The notes under the pieces were generated by a model. That model was not told the DNA's origin. It worked only from the letters and a program-made list of their open reading frames with translations, and ran no database searches. 64,000 nucleotides of DNA from a phage. Of the stretch, positions 51,916 through 61,802 are shown piece after piece. Where the stretch lies: the sequence record PZ445437.1; one strand, 5' to 3'. The stretch's first letter is position 1. Every line of letters begins with the position of its first letter. Made by a program: the position numbers and the translations under genes.

Positions 51916-52223
51916 CGTAAATTCCCTGCAATTGGTATACTAACAATACGCCCAGTATCTAAAATTCGCTGATATAATCTTTGCGTGTCTACATCAGGCT
52001 TAACATGTTTAACTTCTATTTTATTAAACCAAAATTTACGTGGGGTCTCAACTAATCTCGGAATTCCCTTACCTAAAGCTAGTCGATACTGCTCTTTAAG
52101 AGTAGTAAATACTTTATCAGCAATCTCCCTTTCAAAAAATACAGCAGGACGATGTTCATCAAGTGGAACTGGCGCTGTAAATCCGTCTTTGTCTCGGTAA
52201 ACTATCGCATATACATAAACCAT
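51912..52223 (-). CDS. hypothetical protein (103 aa)
   Basis: ORF track. Confidence 0.55.
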   Translation of the reverse strand: MVYVYAIVYRDKDGFTAPVPLDEHRPAVFFEREIADKVFTTLKEQYRLALGKGIPRLVETPRKFWFNKIEVKHVKPDVDTQRLYQRILDTGRIVSIPIAGNLR

Positions 52224-52224
52224 A

Positions 52225-52971
52225 TTATCCTCGGATAAGTTTAAAAATTGAACAATTTAGCGGATATCCTCTTTTCAGTTTAAGTTTATCAATAAAAGAC
52301 AAGTTTTGATACCGCTCTACACCTTGAATAATTTTATCACACATATCATATTGCATTTCTGCTTCTGACAACTTTTTCACAGTTTTCCAATCCGAGCCTT
52401 TAAGAAGAACGTTCAATTTAACAACTTCAGCGCCTTCAGCTATGCGAGAACCATCAATACGAGCTTTAAGTGCTATAATCCTCAGCTTAATGTCAGAGGT
52501 CTGTTTTGATTTAGAAAGCTGAGAAATGTGTTCAATTCGGTTTTCACGTTTTTTCTGTATAGCTTTAATTTGATTATAAGTCTTTTTTATTTTAGCCCAT
52601 TTCTTTTCATCTAAATTTAGTTTATGAACTTTTTTCGCAGATGAACGACCAATTCGCAAAGCAAATAAATCACGCTTTTCAATCAACTCTTCTAAAGTAT
52701 AATCAGAACGAAATGTATTATACTTTTTCTTTACTGCAATAACATTCCCTTTAATGTATCCAACGTTATTATCAAAACGTTCTAATGATAATTTCTCTCC
52801 TTCAACACGATTATCAAAAGGTTCTCCTGAGTAAGCACAAACTTTCTGATCTAAAATGTTCTTAATGTAATTGAAGTCTAAGTTAAAATCTTTAGAACGT
52901 CTTTTTGCAGATGCCTGGGTATGCTCTAGACGACGTTTAATTTTACGAATTTGGTTATTAGACAGCTTCAT
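52225..52971 (-). CDS. srd: Srd-like protein (248 aa)
   Basis: Length and position between dda and modA as in T4; basic protein. Confidence 0.65.
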   Translation of the reverse strand: MKLSNNQIRKIKRRLEHTQASAKRRSKDFNLDFNYIKNILDQKVCAYSGEPFDNRVEGEKLSLERFDNNVGYIKGNVIAVKKKYNTFRSDYTLEELIEKRDLFALRIGRSSAKKVHKLNLDEKKWAKIKKTYNQIKAIQKKRENRIEHISQLSKSKQTSDIKLRIIALKARIDGSRIAEGAEVVKLNVLLKGSDWKTVKKLSEAEMQYDMCDKIIQGVERYQNLSFIDKLKLKRGYPLNCSIFKLIRG

Positions 52972-52999
52972 ATTTTTCTCACATCTTACGGACGGTTAA

Positions 53000-53040
53000 C
53001 TACTTATACTATAACATTTTTACTTTAACTTGTAAACAAC
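53000..53040 (-). promoter_or_regulatory. T4-type early promoter upstream of srd
   Basis: tatactataac...ttgtaaac element. Confidence 0.4.
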
Positions 53041-53093
53041 TTTATGAAAAATGCTTTAAAACTTTCATGGTATAATGAATCTAAGTCCTTCCA

Positions 53094-53696
53094 TTATAGA
53101 TTAAATCCTTCAAAATCAAGAGTATAGATAGTGTATGTTGAATACTTTTTGTATTCATATCTATCTGCAATTCTAAATACACTTCCAGCTGGTATCATTA
53201 CTTCTTGTTCATCTGAAACTAATTCCATATTACGATAACGATGACTATCCGGAAACTTAAAGTTTGGATTGTATTCTTTACAGCGCAGAGCTTTTATAGC
53301 ATACTCCTGGAAATTGAATACCATAGGAGCTTTGAATTCAAAAATAACCTGTGTGTTATACTCTAAACCAGAAGCAAAATGTAGAGCTATATTTTTATCA
53401 TATGAAGCTGATACGACTTTATCAAATGTAATAATATCAATTCCTTGATTTAACACCTGCTTAGTCTCAGCTGGAACACCTCTCCAAAGAGGTTTATCGT
53501 TTGGAACCAAACGAGATTTGATTATTTCATTTAACCAAGTATGGTCATCTGGCTTATTAGTAATACAATGAATTAAAAGTTCAATTTCAGATAAATTAAA
53601 CCCTTCAGAAAGCAATTCTTCACGAATAGAAGCACGCACCGATGCATCCATTGATTTTATTTTAAAATCTTTTAGTTGCATTACTGAGTATTTCAT
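53094..53696 (-). CDS. modA: ADP-ribosyltransferase ModA (200 aa)
   Basis: R-S-E ART signature (LWRG, SAS, EQEVMIP); 200 aa. Confidence 0.85.
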   Translation of the reverse strand: MKYSVMQLKDFKIKSMDASVRASIREELLSEGFNLSEIELLIHCITNKPDDHTWLNEIIKSRLVPNDKPLWRGVPAETKQVLNQGIDIITFDKVVSASYDKNIALHFASGLEYNTQVIFEFKAPMVFNFQEYAIKALRCKEYNPNFKFPDSHRYRNMELVSDEQEVMIPAGSVFRIADRYEYKKYSTYTIYTLDFEGFNL

Positions 53697-54316
53697 TCAA
53701 CTACCTCAATATCATAAACTTTAAATGTTCCAAATGAATCGTGTAATTTTTCTTTTGAAATAGAAGTTATTTTATACTTTCCAATTGGAATCATCCATTC
53801 TTGTTCATGCACAATCATCATTAAGTTATCAGTACGCTCTGAATCTAATCCATCAGTATCTTCATATGTATACTTAAACTCAGTATTAGGAGAAGAAAGT
53901 ATAATATCGCTGATATGGTCAGAATAATTAAAAGCTTTATCAGTTTTTAAACGAAGTATTGTTTCAGTGAAATATTCAGCATAAGAAAAAGAACACGCTG
54001 TGTGTAAACTAGTAGTAAATGAATCTACCCTGTTCGTTGAAAACACTTCTCCAACCTGTAAATCTTTAATAAGTTCTTTTGTCGATTTTGATATACCACG
54101 ATATAATTGATAAGGCGATTTAGTTAAATGCTTTTTAATGATTTTATTCAACTGTCTGTGAAGAGCTTCATTCTTTTTGGCTTCCATACATTGCCAAAGA
54201 ACAGACTGCTCGAAGTCAGTAAATTTTTCACAGACTTTTTTATACATATCATATTGAAAATCAACGCTTTCAGCTTTTATAGATAACTGTTCAACATCTG
54301 CAGGATTAATAATCAT
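53693..54316 (-). CDS. modB: ADP-ribosyltransferase ModB (207 aa)
   Basis: Paralogue of ModA with LYRG...EQEWMIP; 207 aa. Confidence 0.85.
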   Translation of the reverse strand: MIINPADVEQLSIKAESVDFQYDMYKKVCEKFTDFEQSVLWQCMEAKKNEALHRQLNKIIKKHLTKSPYQLYRGISKSTKELIKDLQVGEVFSTNRVDSFTTSLHTACSFSYAEYFTETILRLKTDKAFNYSDHISDIILSSPNTEFKYTYEDTDGLDSERTDNLMMIVHEQEWMIPIGKYKITSISKEKLHDSFGTFKVYDIEVVE

Positions 54317-54334
54317 GATAGCCTCCGTATACTT

Positions 54335-54380
54335 CAGAAGCTATCATATCATCGTTAGAAAGGAAAGTAAACAACTTTTT
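54335..54380 (-). promoter_or_regulatory. T4-type early promoter upstream of modB
   Basis: ctatcatatcatc...aagtaaac element. Confidence 0.4.
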
Positions 54381-54383
54381 GAA

Positions 54384-54566
54384 TTATTTTGCCCAGGGAG
54401 CCCAAGGCGGAGGGTCAAGATGGTATGAAGCTAGTTCTTCTAGAAGAGCATCTGGGGCTTCAATTCCATAATTCTGTAATACTATACGGTATTCTTTCTT
54501 ATAATCACTAGAATCATTCTGGATATTCGTAGAATGATTATCTTCTAACATCTCAAATAAATCCAT
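54384..54566 (-). CDS. hypothetical protein (60 aa)
   Basis: ORF track. Confidence 0.45.
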   Translation of the reverse strand: MDLFEMLEDNHSTNIQNDSSDYKKEYRIVLQNYGIEAPDALLEELASYHLDPPPWAPWAK

Positions 54567-54574
54567 ACTAATTC

Positions 54575-55045
54575 CTAGCGATAAAAACCAAATTGACGAT
54601 TAGCTTCAATAATCTTTCTTTCTTCTTCGGACATTCTCCAGCGTAGTCCAACATCAAAATGAGCCCAGACCATCTTAACAAATGCATTTATATCTTTAAT
54701 ATCTTCAATAATGAATGTTTTACTTTTAGAAGGTTGACTCGCTAATTTAACTTTATCGTCTTCAAACATGTCAAAAAGACCATATTCATGAGCTCTTTTA
54801 TAGCCTTTAATAGTTAAAGCTTCGGAAGAAGAAAACGGTGAATCAGTATTCTGCAAAATATCTTCAGTATGCTTTATAATTAGAATAACATTTTCTGGAT
54901 ATTTTCTTTCTTTTATATCTTTAATTAAAATATCCGGATTTTCTGCTAAAGGAATAATTAACGAGCATTTTTTATCAAGTGTATTTACTGATTTACCTTC
55001 TTTAGACATAAATTCTATTGAATAGTGTTTTGCTACTTCAATCAT
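54575..55045 (-). CDS. hypothetical protein (156 aa)
   Basis: ORF track. Confidence 0.55.
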   Translation of the reverse strand: MIEVAKHYSIEFMSKEGKSVNTLDKKCSLIIPLAENPDILIKDIKERKYPENVILIIKHTEDILQNTDSPFSSSEALTIKGYKRAHEYGLFDMFEDDKVKLASQPSKSKTFIIEDIKDINAFVKMVWAHFDVGLRWRMSEEERKIIEANRQFGFYR

Positions 55046-55198
55046 GTGATTTCCTTTTGCCTACTAATGGACCGTCAGGAATTTTGTTTTCCTGAATGTA
55101 TTTCTCATTTTCTTCCATCATTTTACTGCCAATTTTAAGAAGCAAATCCATTGCTTCATTTGCTTTAGCTTTAGCCTCTTCTAACGTCATATCTCTGT

Positions 55199-55402
55199 TC
55201 ACGATTTATCCCCATAGATGTCTCTCATTAATTTAAGCGCTGAGCGTTCTAATTTCTTTTCTTTCTCAGCACTAATCATTGATTTCATCCATTCTTCTGA
55301 TTCGTTCTGCATTTCTTTATTTGCTTGTTCAACCCAACCATCATCAATATACATTGAGTTTGGTCTATTGAACCATTCAAGCATCTTCTTCAGAACTTTC
55401 AT
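55199..55402 (-). CDS. hypothetical protein (67 aa)
   Basis: ORF track. Confidence 0.5.
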   Translation of the reverse strand: MKVLKKMLEWFNRPNSMYIDDGWVEQANKEMQNESEEWMKSMISAEKEKKLERSALKLMRDIYGDKS

Positions 55403-55874
55403 CTGTTTTACCTAAAACAACAGTAGGAGCATCATCAAACTCATGAATTTTTAGCAAATTTGGATGTAAACTATTCCATACAGAAGAAATAAAGTATGAT
55501 AAAGCATCTTCGTCCACAATTATAAATTTATTTCCTTTATCTATTTTCCAACTATATACTGAATCGTACGAATAAAAAGATAAAGGTTCATCATTATATT
55601 TTTCTGTGTTAACATTAATGTATTCTGATTTAGTAAATGCTTCAATTGCTCTAAATGGAATATTTGGCACAGTTTCAATAATACCAATCTTTTTAAGTTT
55701 TATTTCAGCATCTTCTGGAACTGGCATTGAAACGAAATTTTCTACGAGATACATTGGGTCACAATAACCCTTATCAATCATTACCGCTACGGTAATTGGA
55801 ACATCTTTAGCAAACGACAAACTATTACTGCTAATATACATTTCAAACAAAATCGCTTCCATAATTTTCCTCAA
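55377..55874 (-). CDS. hypothetical protein (165 aa)
   Basis: ORF track. Confidence 0.55.
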   Translation of the reverse strand: MRKIMEAILFEMYISSNSLSFAKDVPITVAVMIDKGYCDPMYLVENFVSMPVPEDAEIKLKKIGIIETVPNIPFRAIEAFTKSEYINVNTEKYNDEPLSFYSYDSVYSWKIDKGNKFIIVDEDALSYFISSVWNSLHPNLLKIHEFDDAPTVVLGKTDESSEEDA

Positions 55875-56104
55875 TCACAAGATGTAGATGAACAACTAGA
55901 ATCACAAGAACTTCCGCATGAATCGCCCGTCCATACATGAACAGGAACATTAGTATCATATGAATCAGAACTAGACTGTGTATTCTGCGTATTAGATGAT
56001 GTAGGTGTTGACCAACGCCAAGGATTTTTATAATATTCCTGGGCTTCTTCATAAGTCATAGTAACTGCTTCTACTGTTCCATCTCCCATATAAACCATAT
56101 TCAA
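55871..56104 (-). CDS. hypothetical Cys/Ser-rich protein (77 aa)
   Basis: ORF track. Confidence 0.5.
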   Translation of the reverse strand: MNMVYMGDGTVEAVTMTYEEAQEYYKNPWRWSTPTSSNTQNTQSSSDSYDTNVPVHVWTGDSCGSSCDSSCSSTSCD

Positions 56105-56209
56105 CTACAGTTAAAGGAAGGTAGTCATTTGAAATAGGAACTACACCTTCTCCGGGAGTTGTAGAGAAAAAATCCGTAAAGAAACTTTTAAACCAATTAA
56201 AGATAAACA

Positions 56210-56416
56210 TTACAAAAAGCCTCTTTTGAATTCGACTTGCTTTTCGCCATAATCATATCGAATCTCTGCATTAAATTCGACAGAACCATCTGCGTACATC
56301 ATAAATGAATGCACAACAACTTCTGTAGACCATGGCTGTAGTTCATATTTCTTCATTACATGCCGTGAAATGATAATATCTAAATCTTCATTTGGTTTAA
56401 TCCAGCGATTTAACAT
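56210..56416 (-). CDS. hypothetical protein (68 aa)
   Basis: ORF track. Confidence 0.5.
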   Translation of the reverse strand: MLNRWIKPNEDLDIIISRHVMKKYELQPWSTEVVVHSFMMYADGSVEFNAEIRYDYGEKQVEFKRGFL

Positions 56417-56439
56417 AGTGCTCTCCTCTATAAGATAAT

Positions 56440-56480
56440 TCTATTATACCATACTCATTTTGGAAAGTAAACCATTTAAA
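56440..56480 (-). promoter_or_regulatory. T4-type early promoter
   Basis: ctattataccatac...aagtaaac element. Confidence 0.35.
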
Positions 56481-56487
56481 TGAAAAA

Positions 56488-56505
56488 GGACTCCCGAAGG
56501 AGTCC
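56488..56505 (-). terminator. rho-independent terminator after soc
   Basis: GGACTCC-TTCG-GGAGTCC then TTTTT in minus sense; same hairpin as at 980-997. Confidence 0.6.
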
Positions 56506-56513
56506 TTGAATTA

Positions 56514-56750
56514 TTAACCACCTATTTCTGTAGGTGTAAACATTGCAGCATTCTTAGTTTTCCAAGTTGCTGCATCGGAAACTACATCAGAATAAGCTGC
56601 TTTTTCTGACGGAAAGATTTGATAATGAGAATCTGCAATACGGTGTTCATTTGAATATACATCAAATGCTACAGAAACTTCCATACCTTTAACTTCTTTG
56701 CCTTCACCTGCTGGATGAGTAAAGGTCTTGATGTTAACGAAACCACCCAT
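56514..56750 (-). CDS. soc: small outer capsid protein Soc (78 aa)
   Basis: Motifs VNIKTF, VSVAF, HYQIFPSEKAAY as in T4 Soc. Confidence 0.8.
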   Translation of the reverse strand: MGGFVNIKTFTHPAGEGKEVKGMEVSVAFDVYSNEHRIADSHYQIFPSEKAAYSDVVSDAATWKTKNAAMFTPTEIGG

Positions 56751-56782
56751 AATAAACTCCTTTATTGTTTAATTACAGGTGT

Positions 56783-56790
56783 ATTTATAT
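56783..56790 (-). promoter_or_regulatory. late promoter TATAAATA for soc
   Basis: Minus-sense TATAAATA about 33 nt upstream of soc ATG. Confidence 0.5.
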
Positions 56791-56934
56791 CAGTCTTCAA
56801 TGAAAACTTGTGCCAGGAATTCGTGTTCATCTTGAATTTGTTTATATAAAGCCATTACAGCATTTATATTAGAGCTATCTACTTTAAGTTGATAGGCATA
56901 CCACTCGTGTAAATTAATTAAAGCTTTTTGTCGT

Positions 56935-57159
56935 CTAATAAATTCTTCTTTGGATATTTTCATTTGAATGCTCTATAATTAATTTTAAGGCTTCTTTACT
57001 GACAAAAATTTCATCAAGACCTTCTTCTACACCCCAATCAACTGCACGAAGCTGATTAGATAAGAGCTCGTATGTGAGCTCTTTGTCATAATTTTTAAAT
57101 AGCTGGTCAATACGTTTCTTGTGGGCTTTCTTAAGCTGGCGTTTATTTAAACGAGCCAT
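56935..57159 (-). CDS. hypothetical basic protein (74 aa)
   Basis: ORF track. Confidence 0.5.
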   Translation of the reverse strand: MARLNKRQLKKAHKKRIDQLFKNYDKELTYELLSNQLRAVDWGVEEGLDEIFVSKEALKLIIEHSNENIQRRIY

Positions 57160-57677
57160 TAATAACCTCGGTCTTGACGAGCGAAGTTTTCAGCATTTTT
57201 CAAATAATAAAGTTTAAAGATTTCTTCAGCCGTAAGACCGAGACCTTGGAACATGTTCAGAACGAAATGAAGAATATCAATCATTTCGAATTTAATTTCC
57301 AACTGGTCTTGTGGAGACAAATCAGTAATCAGAGTTTCACGTCGTTCACCATGTTGAGCTTTCCAAGGCTTCCATACAGCAGATGCATCTTTTTCACCAT
57401 TGCTCATACCACCAAGAGAAGTCAATAGTTCGCGGAATTCATCATCAATATAATCTTTCTGATTACGCAACCAATCAACAACTTCGCCTGCGGTAGCCAA
57501 ATCATCAGGATGACGGTTATATTCAGGTTTATCTTTAGCTAAACGAACCTGAAGAGATTTCTGCATATCAAGCATAACTTGCAGCGGGTCTTTTTCATCA
57601 CCGAGAATATCCCAGTATTCATTTTGAGCTTTATCAGCGCCTTCAATCAGTTGTGAACATTCATTAAAGTATGCCAT
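57159..57677 (-). CDS. 56: dCTPase/dCDPase gp56 (172 aa)
   Basis: MazG-like pyrophosphatase; start placed at MAYFNECSQL; length as T4 gp56. Confidence 0.82.
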   Translation of the reverse strand: MAYFNECSQLIEGADKAQNEYWDILGDEKDPLQVMLDMQKSLQVRLAKDKPEYNRHPDDLATAGEVVDWLRNQKDYIDDEFRELLTSLGGMSNGEKDASAVWKPWKAQHGERRETLITDLSPQDQLEIKFEMIDILHFVLNMFQGLGLTAEEIFKLYYLKNAENFARQDRGY

Positions 57678-57748
57678 TATTTTTCCTTTCAATTCATGGG
57701 TTAGTAGATTAATTATACAATAAATATATAAAGCAATAAGGAGGACAT

Positions 57749-57949
57749 ATGGTACAAAAATTAATGGCACTTGTTAATGCCATAAAAGGTAATAAAAAAC
57801 GTATAGCTTTTACTATTTCTGCTACGGTAGGAATTTTACTCTGGAATTTTGTTTTATCACCAATTGCTATTGCTCATGGTGTTAATATTCCAGTAATTAC
57901 TCTTGATACATTCGTAGATTTATCATTTGCTTTGGTTGGGTTAATTTAA
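57749..57949 (+). CDS. small hydrophobic protein (66 aa) on opposite strand
   Basis: ORF track; AGGAGG SD 5 nt upstream of ATG; stop overlaps gene 61 stop. Confidence 0.4.
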   Translation: MVQKLMALVNAIKGNKKRIAFTISATVGILLWNFVLSPIAIAHGVNIPVITLDTFVDLSFALVGLI

Positions 57950-58974
57950 ATCTTAGCATATTTAGATAGCCGCATTTTAGCCATCAACCCTTGGGCAATA
58001 TTATTTTTCATATATTCCATAATTTGTTCAGGGGTTGCACCTTCCTTTCTAATCATATCATTAACATCTTTTGATTTCCAGGGAGATTTGTCCCAAAACA
58101 TAACCCTTTCTCCTGCATCAACCAATTTAGTCATTCGTTTAATAGTGTCAGGATGACGAGGTTCATTATCTAAAACCCATACACGTCTATCTTTAAATGG
58201 AACAATTTCTAGGTCTAATTGACCACCCGTAATAGCTATACCATTTTCAATAAAAAGTGAATCTATAGGTCCTTCTAGAACATATACATCACCATCTTTG
58301 ACTCGTTCGACTCCATAGATTTTTGTTGCCTCAGGATAAGCTTTGATGGTGATATATTTTTGAGGAGCATCTTTCTTTAATGCACGTCCTTGAAAAGACT
58401 CAGCTTTTCCATTAGCATTATAAATTGGAATAACAAGACGAGGCTCAGAAATTTCCTTTTTGTATGTTCCCGGTGCTATGCTATTAACTAATTTAGGCCA
58501 TTCGGTTGTAAACCAAAGATATTTCCATTTATCCTTTGGAATACAACGAGCTTTTACATATTTTATAATTGGATGGTCTTCCGCCAGTTTATCTAATCTA
58601 ACACATGACGGAAGAGATTTAATTATTTTCTTCTCAGGTTGCTTAGGAAGTTCTTTAGGTTTTTCTACTGGACGACTTTTACCTTTTTCTTTTCTTATTT
58701 CAAAGATATACTCACGATATAAATCAGGTTCAAACTCCTTTAAATATATTCCGATTGGTGCATGATAATTACAGTTATAACAATGAATATTTCCTTCATT
58801 ATTATCACCATAATACCATCCACGAGCTTTATTCTGGTCGGTTTTTGAATCTCCACAAACAGGACATCTAAACCGCAATTTAAAAGTTGAACTATTATTT
58901 ACTTGTGTGAATTTAGGTAAATGAGCTAATGCACGGTATGCAAACTCATTATCAATCCAAGGTATTGATGACAT
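57946..58974 (-). CDS. 61: DNA primase gp61 (342 aa)
   Basis: N-terminal zinc ribbon CPVC...CYNC and TOPRIM EGPIDSL; 342 aa as T4 gp61. Confidence 0.92.
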   Translation of the reverse strand: MSSIPWIDNEFAYRALAHLPKFTQVNNSSTFKLRFRCPVCGDSKTDQNKARGWYYGDNNEGNIHCYNCNYHAPIGIYLKEFEPDLYREYIFEIRKEKGKSRPVEKPKELPKQPEKKIIKSLPSCVRLDKLAEDHPIIKYVKARCIPKDKWKYLWFTTEWPKLVNSIAPGTYKKEISEPRLVIPIYNANGKAESFQGRALKKDAPQKYITIKAYPEATKIYGVERVKDGDVYVLEGPIDSLFIENGIAITGGQLDLEIVPFKDRRVWVLDNEPRHPDTIKRMTKLVDAGERVMFWDKSPWKSKDVNDMIRKEGATPEQIMEYMKNNIAQGLMAKMRLSKYAKI

Positions 58975-58976
58975 TT

Positions 58977-59141
58977 TTACTCTTCTTTTTCTTTAGATTC
59001 CTCTTTTTTCTTTTTAGGAATCTGTTCAGGACCTTTATTTACTACAGCGCCTGATGTTATTCCAGTAGAGATATTTTCAGGATTACCACCTGAATCTCCA
59101 GCGACCATATCTTCTTTGATAAATTCTTTATATGTTTTCAT
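58977..59141 (-). CDS. small ORF (about 54 aa), not in ORF track
   Basis: Hand translation MKTYKEFIKEDMVAGDSGGNPENI...KKKKEESKEKEE. Confidence 0.3.
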   Translation of the reverse strand: MKTYKEFIKEDMVAGDSGGNPENISTGITSGAVVNKGPEQIPKKKKEESKEKEE

Positions 59142-59142
59142 A

Positions 59143-59499
59143 TTAACCTCTATTCATAAAAGCATTAAAAATTTGGTCATCAATAGATGGTGCAGTAATA
59201 TTTTCTGCATCATTTAGCAAATCATTAATTTCATCAGATAGCATAACACATGTACCTTTATTTCCTGTAATTGTTACTGCGCAATTACGAACGTTTTCTT
59301 TATTAAATTTTAGGTTAATATTTTCGTAATGAAAATCCTTTAATGCCGAATATATCTTTAAAATGAAATTGTCTTTTACTACAATAAACCCAACCTCACT
59401 ATTAAAACGTGGTTCATGGAAACTGTAATAAACCTTTTCATCTATAAAATCGTATGAAATTTTTTCCATTTTTAAATATGAAAATTCAGAACTATACAT
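59143..59499 (-). CDS. hypothetical protein (118 aa)
   Basis: ORF track. Confidence 0.55.
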   Translation of the reverse strand: MYSSEFSYLKMEKISYDFIDEKVYYSFHEPRFNSEVGFIVVKDNFILKIYSALKDFHYENINLKFNKENVRNCAVTITGNKGTCVMLSDEINDLLNDAENITAPSIDDQIFNAFMNRG

Positions 59500-59511
59500 A
59501 CTAACCTCTAA

Positions 59512-59805
59512 TTACTCACCTACCACTTCAGCGATGATATTTTTATTATTAAAGTTTTTATCACAATACAGAACATAATTATACTGCATTACACCACCAG
59601 ACTTAAGCTGTTTTTGCACTTCAGCTTTCATTTCAGGGCGATCGCGCTCAACGATATTCATAATATCTGCTTCAATTTGAGTTTCAACCTCAGTCTGATC
59701 TGCCGTCATAGACCATTCGCACAAATCTTTATCATAACCTGCCATAGCAGGCTGAGCAGCACAAGAAGCTAAAGCAAAAATTGCGGCAAAGATAAATTTT
59801 TTCAT
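59512..59805 (-). CDS. predicted lipoprotein (97 aa)
   Basis: Signal peptide with lipobox LASC. Confidence 0.55.
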   Translation of the reverse strand: MKKFIFAAIFALASCAAQPAMAGYDKDLCEWSMTADQTEVETQIEADIMNIVERDRPEMKAEVQKQLKSGGVMQYNYVLYCDKNFNNKNIIAEVVGE

Positions 59806-59865
59806 GATAATCTCCTCAGTAGTTTATGTTTATATAGTATCTCAATTTCCAACAAAAGTAAACAG

Positions 59866-60123
59866 TTATTTTAAAACTTCTGCGTAATCACATGTTACAA
59901 ACTGTTTCTCTAGCTTGACGATTTTACGAAAGTATCTTTTACATTGACGAATCTGCCTCTTCGTAGGGCGAACAGCAAACTTAATAAATTCCACTCGACC
60001 AAATGGAGGGCTTTCTTCTGCTGGAATATCTAACACCAATTCCCACGTATCTGCAATAAGTGCTTTGAATTGCGTATTTTTCCTGACGTTATACGGAGTA
60101 GGTTTAAATAAAACAATATGCAT
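59866..60123 (-). CDS. hypothetical protein (85 aa)
   Basis: ORF track. Confidence 0.5.
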   Translation of the reverse strand: MHIVLFKPTPYNVRKNTQFKALIADTWELVLDIPAEESPPFGRVEFIKFAVRPTKRQIRQCKRYFRKIVKLEKQFVTCDYAEVLK

Positions 60124-60124
60124 A

Positions 60125-60307
60125 TTATCCTCGGCAATCTACTTCACATACTTTCTTGTCATCAATGAAAGCTTTAACTAATGCTTTATTAACTTCAGCA
60201 TATTGAGTAGTAGCCCATTGAACGTCATCTTTCATCATTGTGGTTTCTTTAGTAAACATGCTTTCATTCTTAAACCACCCCATAAAAACTACCTTTACCA
60301 ATTCCAT
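60125..60307 (-). CDS. dmd: Dmd-like antitoxin (60 aa)
   Basis: 60 aa ORF immediately downstream of gene 41 (gene 61.5 position); identity from position and length. Confidence 0.65.
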   Translation of the reverse strand: MELVKVVFMGWFKNESMFTKETTMMKDDVQWATTQYAEVNKALVKAFIDDKKVCEVDCRG

Positions 60308-60324
60308 AACAATCTCCTCATTTA

Positions 60325-60366
60325 ACCAACAAGACTACTATACCATAGTCTTGTCAGCTTGTAAAC
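60325..60366 (-). promoter_or_regulatory. T4-type early promoter upstream of dmd
   Basis: ctactataccat...cttgtaaac element overlapping gene 41 stop. Confidence 0.4.
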
Positions 60367-61793
60367 TAAAATTTTAATTCATTTGCCAAAGCATCTAACT
60401 GAGCTCGAGTGGATTCATTTCTTTGATAGCGATTCTGCTCAGCCTGAATCTGTTGTGAACCTGCTACTTCACTCACTTCAGTTGGAGTAGAATCTTGTTC
60501 AATTTCTACCCATTTTTGATTTCCTTTTTGAACACCCATCAAAAACTTATTCCATTTGTTCTTATCACCATATCGTGATTTGATTTGCTTAATGAGTTGT
60601 TGTTCAGCAGCTGCTAGCTCCTCGGTTTCAATGACCGCAAGCATAAAATCGGCTGTTGCTGGAAGACCAGCAGATTCTGCAATATCGCTCATGTTAACAT
60701 CAGAAGAATCCCAAGCCTGTTTACCAACCTGTGCTGCAGTCCAAAGAACAGTTTCGGTTTCAACAGCAAGAGCACGCAATTCCTCTGCAATAGCTTTAAC
60801 AGTTGTGTAACTATTTTCTGAATAAACTCTGATGCGGCAAGATTTACAAATACCTAGATAGTCGACAATAATGATTGTTGGAACAAAATTTTTCTTGAGC
60901 TTCAATTCATTCAAGAGAGACCTGAATGTGTTAGCATCTGCCCCACCAGTAGGATACTGTTTAACGATTAAACGACCGAGAGTAGATTTCTCACGCCATT
61001 TTTCCATTTTTCCTTTATACTCAGCGTAAGAAATATGCCCATCATCAATGTCATCAAGAGAAACATCAAGCATATTAGCATCAATACGCTTAGCACAGAC
61101 TTCTTCTGCCATTTCCATGGAGATGTAAAGAACATTATGTCCGAGCTGCAAATAATCTGCTGCCAATGAACACAATCCTAATGACTTACCAACGTTAACG
61201 CCAGCCATTAAAACGTTCAGTGTTCCAGTCTCAGCTCCGCCTTTAGTAATTTTGTTCAGAATTCTGAGTTTAAATGGAACCTTACGAGCTTTATTCATAT
61301 AAGATAGCCAACGTGCTTCGTAGTCATCCATCCAATCATGACCAACGTAGCTATCAAATGAAATTGATAATGCTTGACGCATAATGTCAGGAATAGCACC
61401 AACATCCGGCATTTTCTTATTTCGTTTTTCCGGAGGAAGCTCAGCATTAGTTTGAATTTCGATTATTTTAGACGTAGCATTAAACATCGCCCTTTGCTGA
61501 ACATATTTTTCTGTTTCTTTTATTAACCAGCTGTGGTCTTCTGGAGAATCAGCCAGTTTTGAAATAAGTGTTTTTACACCAGAATATTCTGTTTCAGTAA
61601 ATGAACTATTTTCTAATGCAACATTTAACGCATTAATAGATGGAACGCTATGATACTCATTAACATGAGATTTAATTAATTTGAACGTATTTTTAGCTGG
61701 ACCACTTTCAAAATATTCTGAATCCATATATGGCCAAACTTTTGAAAAATAAGCTTGATCAAATATAAGATGAGAAAGAATAATTTCTACCAC
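60366..61793 (-). CDS. 41: replicative DNA helicase gp41 (475 aa)
   Basis: DnaB-family Walker A GVNVGKS; 475 aa as T4 gp41. Confidence 0.95.
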   Translation of the reverse strand: MVEIILSHLIFDQAYFSKVWPYMDSEYFESGPAKNTFKLIKSHVNEYHSVPSINALNVALENSSFTETEYSGVKTLISKLADSPEDHSWLIKETEKYVQQRAMFNATSKIIEIQTNAELPPEKRNKKMPDVGAIPDIMRQALSISFDSYVGHDWMDDYEARWLSYMNKARKVPFKLRILNKITKGGAETGTLNVLMAGVNVGKSLGLCSLAADYLQLGHNVLYISMEMAEEVCAKRIDANMLDVSLDDIDDGHISYAEYKGKMEKWREKSTLGRLIVKQYPTGGADANTFRSLLNELKLKKNFVPTIIIVDYLGICKSCRIRVYSENSYTTVKAIAEELRALAVETETVLWTAAQVGKQAWDSSDVNMSDIAESAGLPATADFMLAVIETEELAAAEQQLIKQIKSRYGDKNKWNKFLMGVQKGNQKWVEIEQDSTPTEVSEVAGSQQIQAEQNRYQRNESTRAQLDALANELKF

Positions 61794-61802
61794 ACTTACT
61801 CC

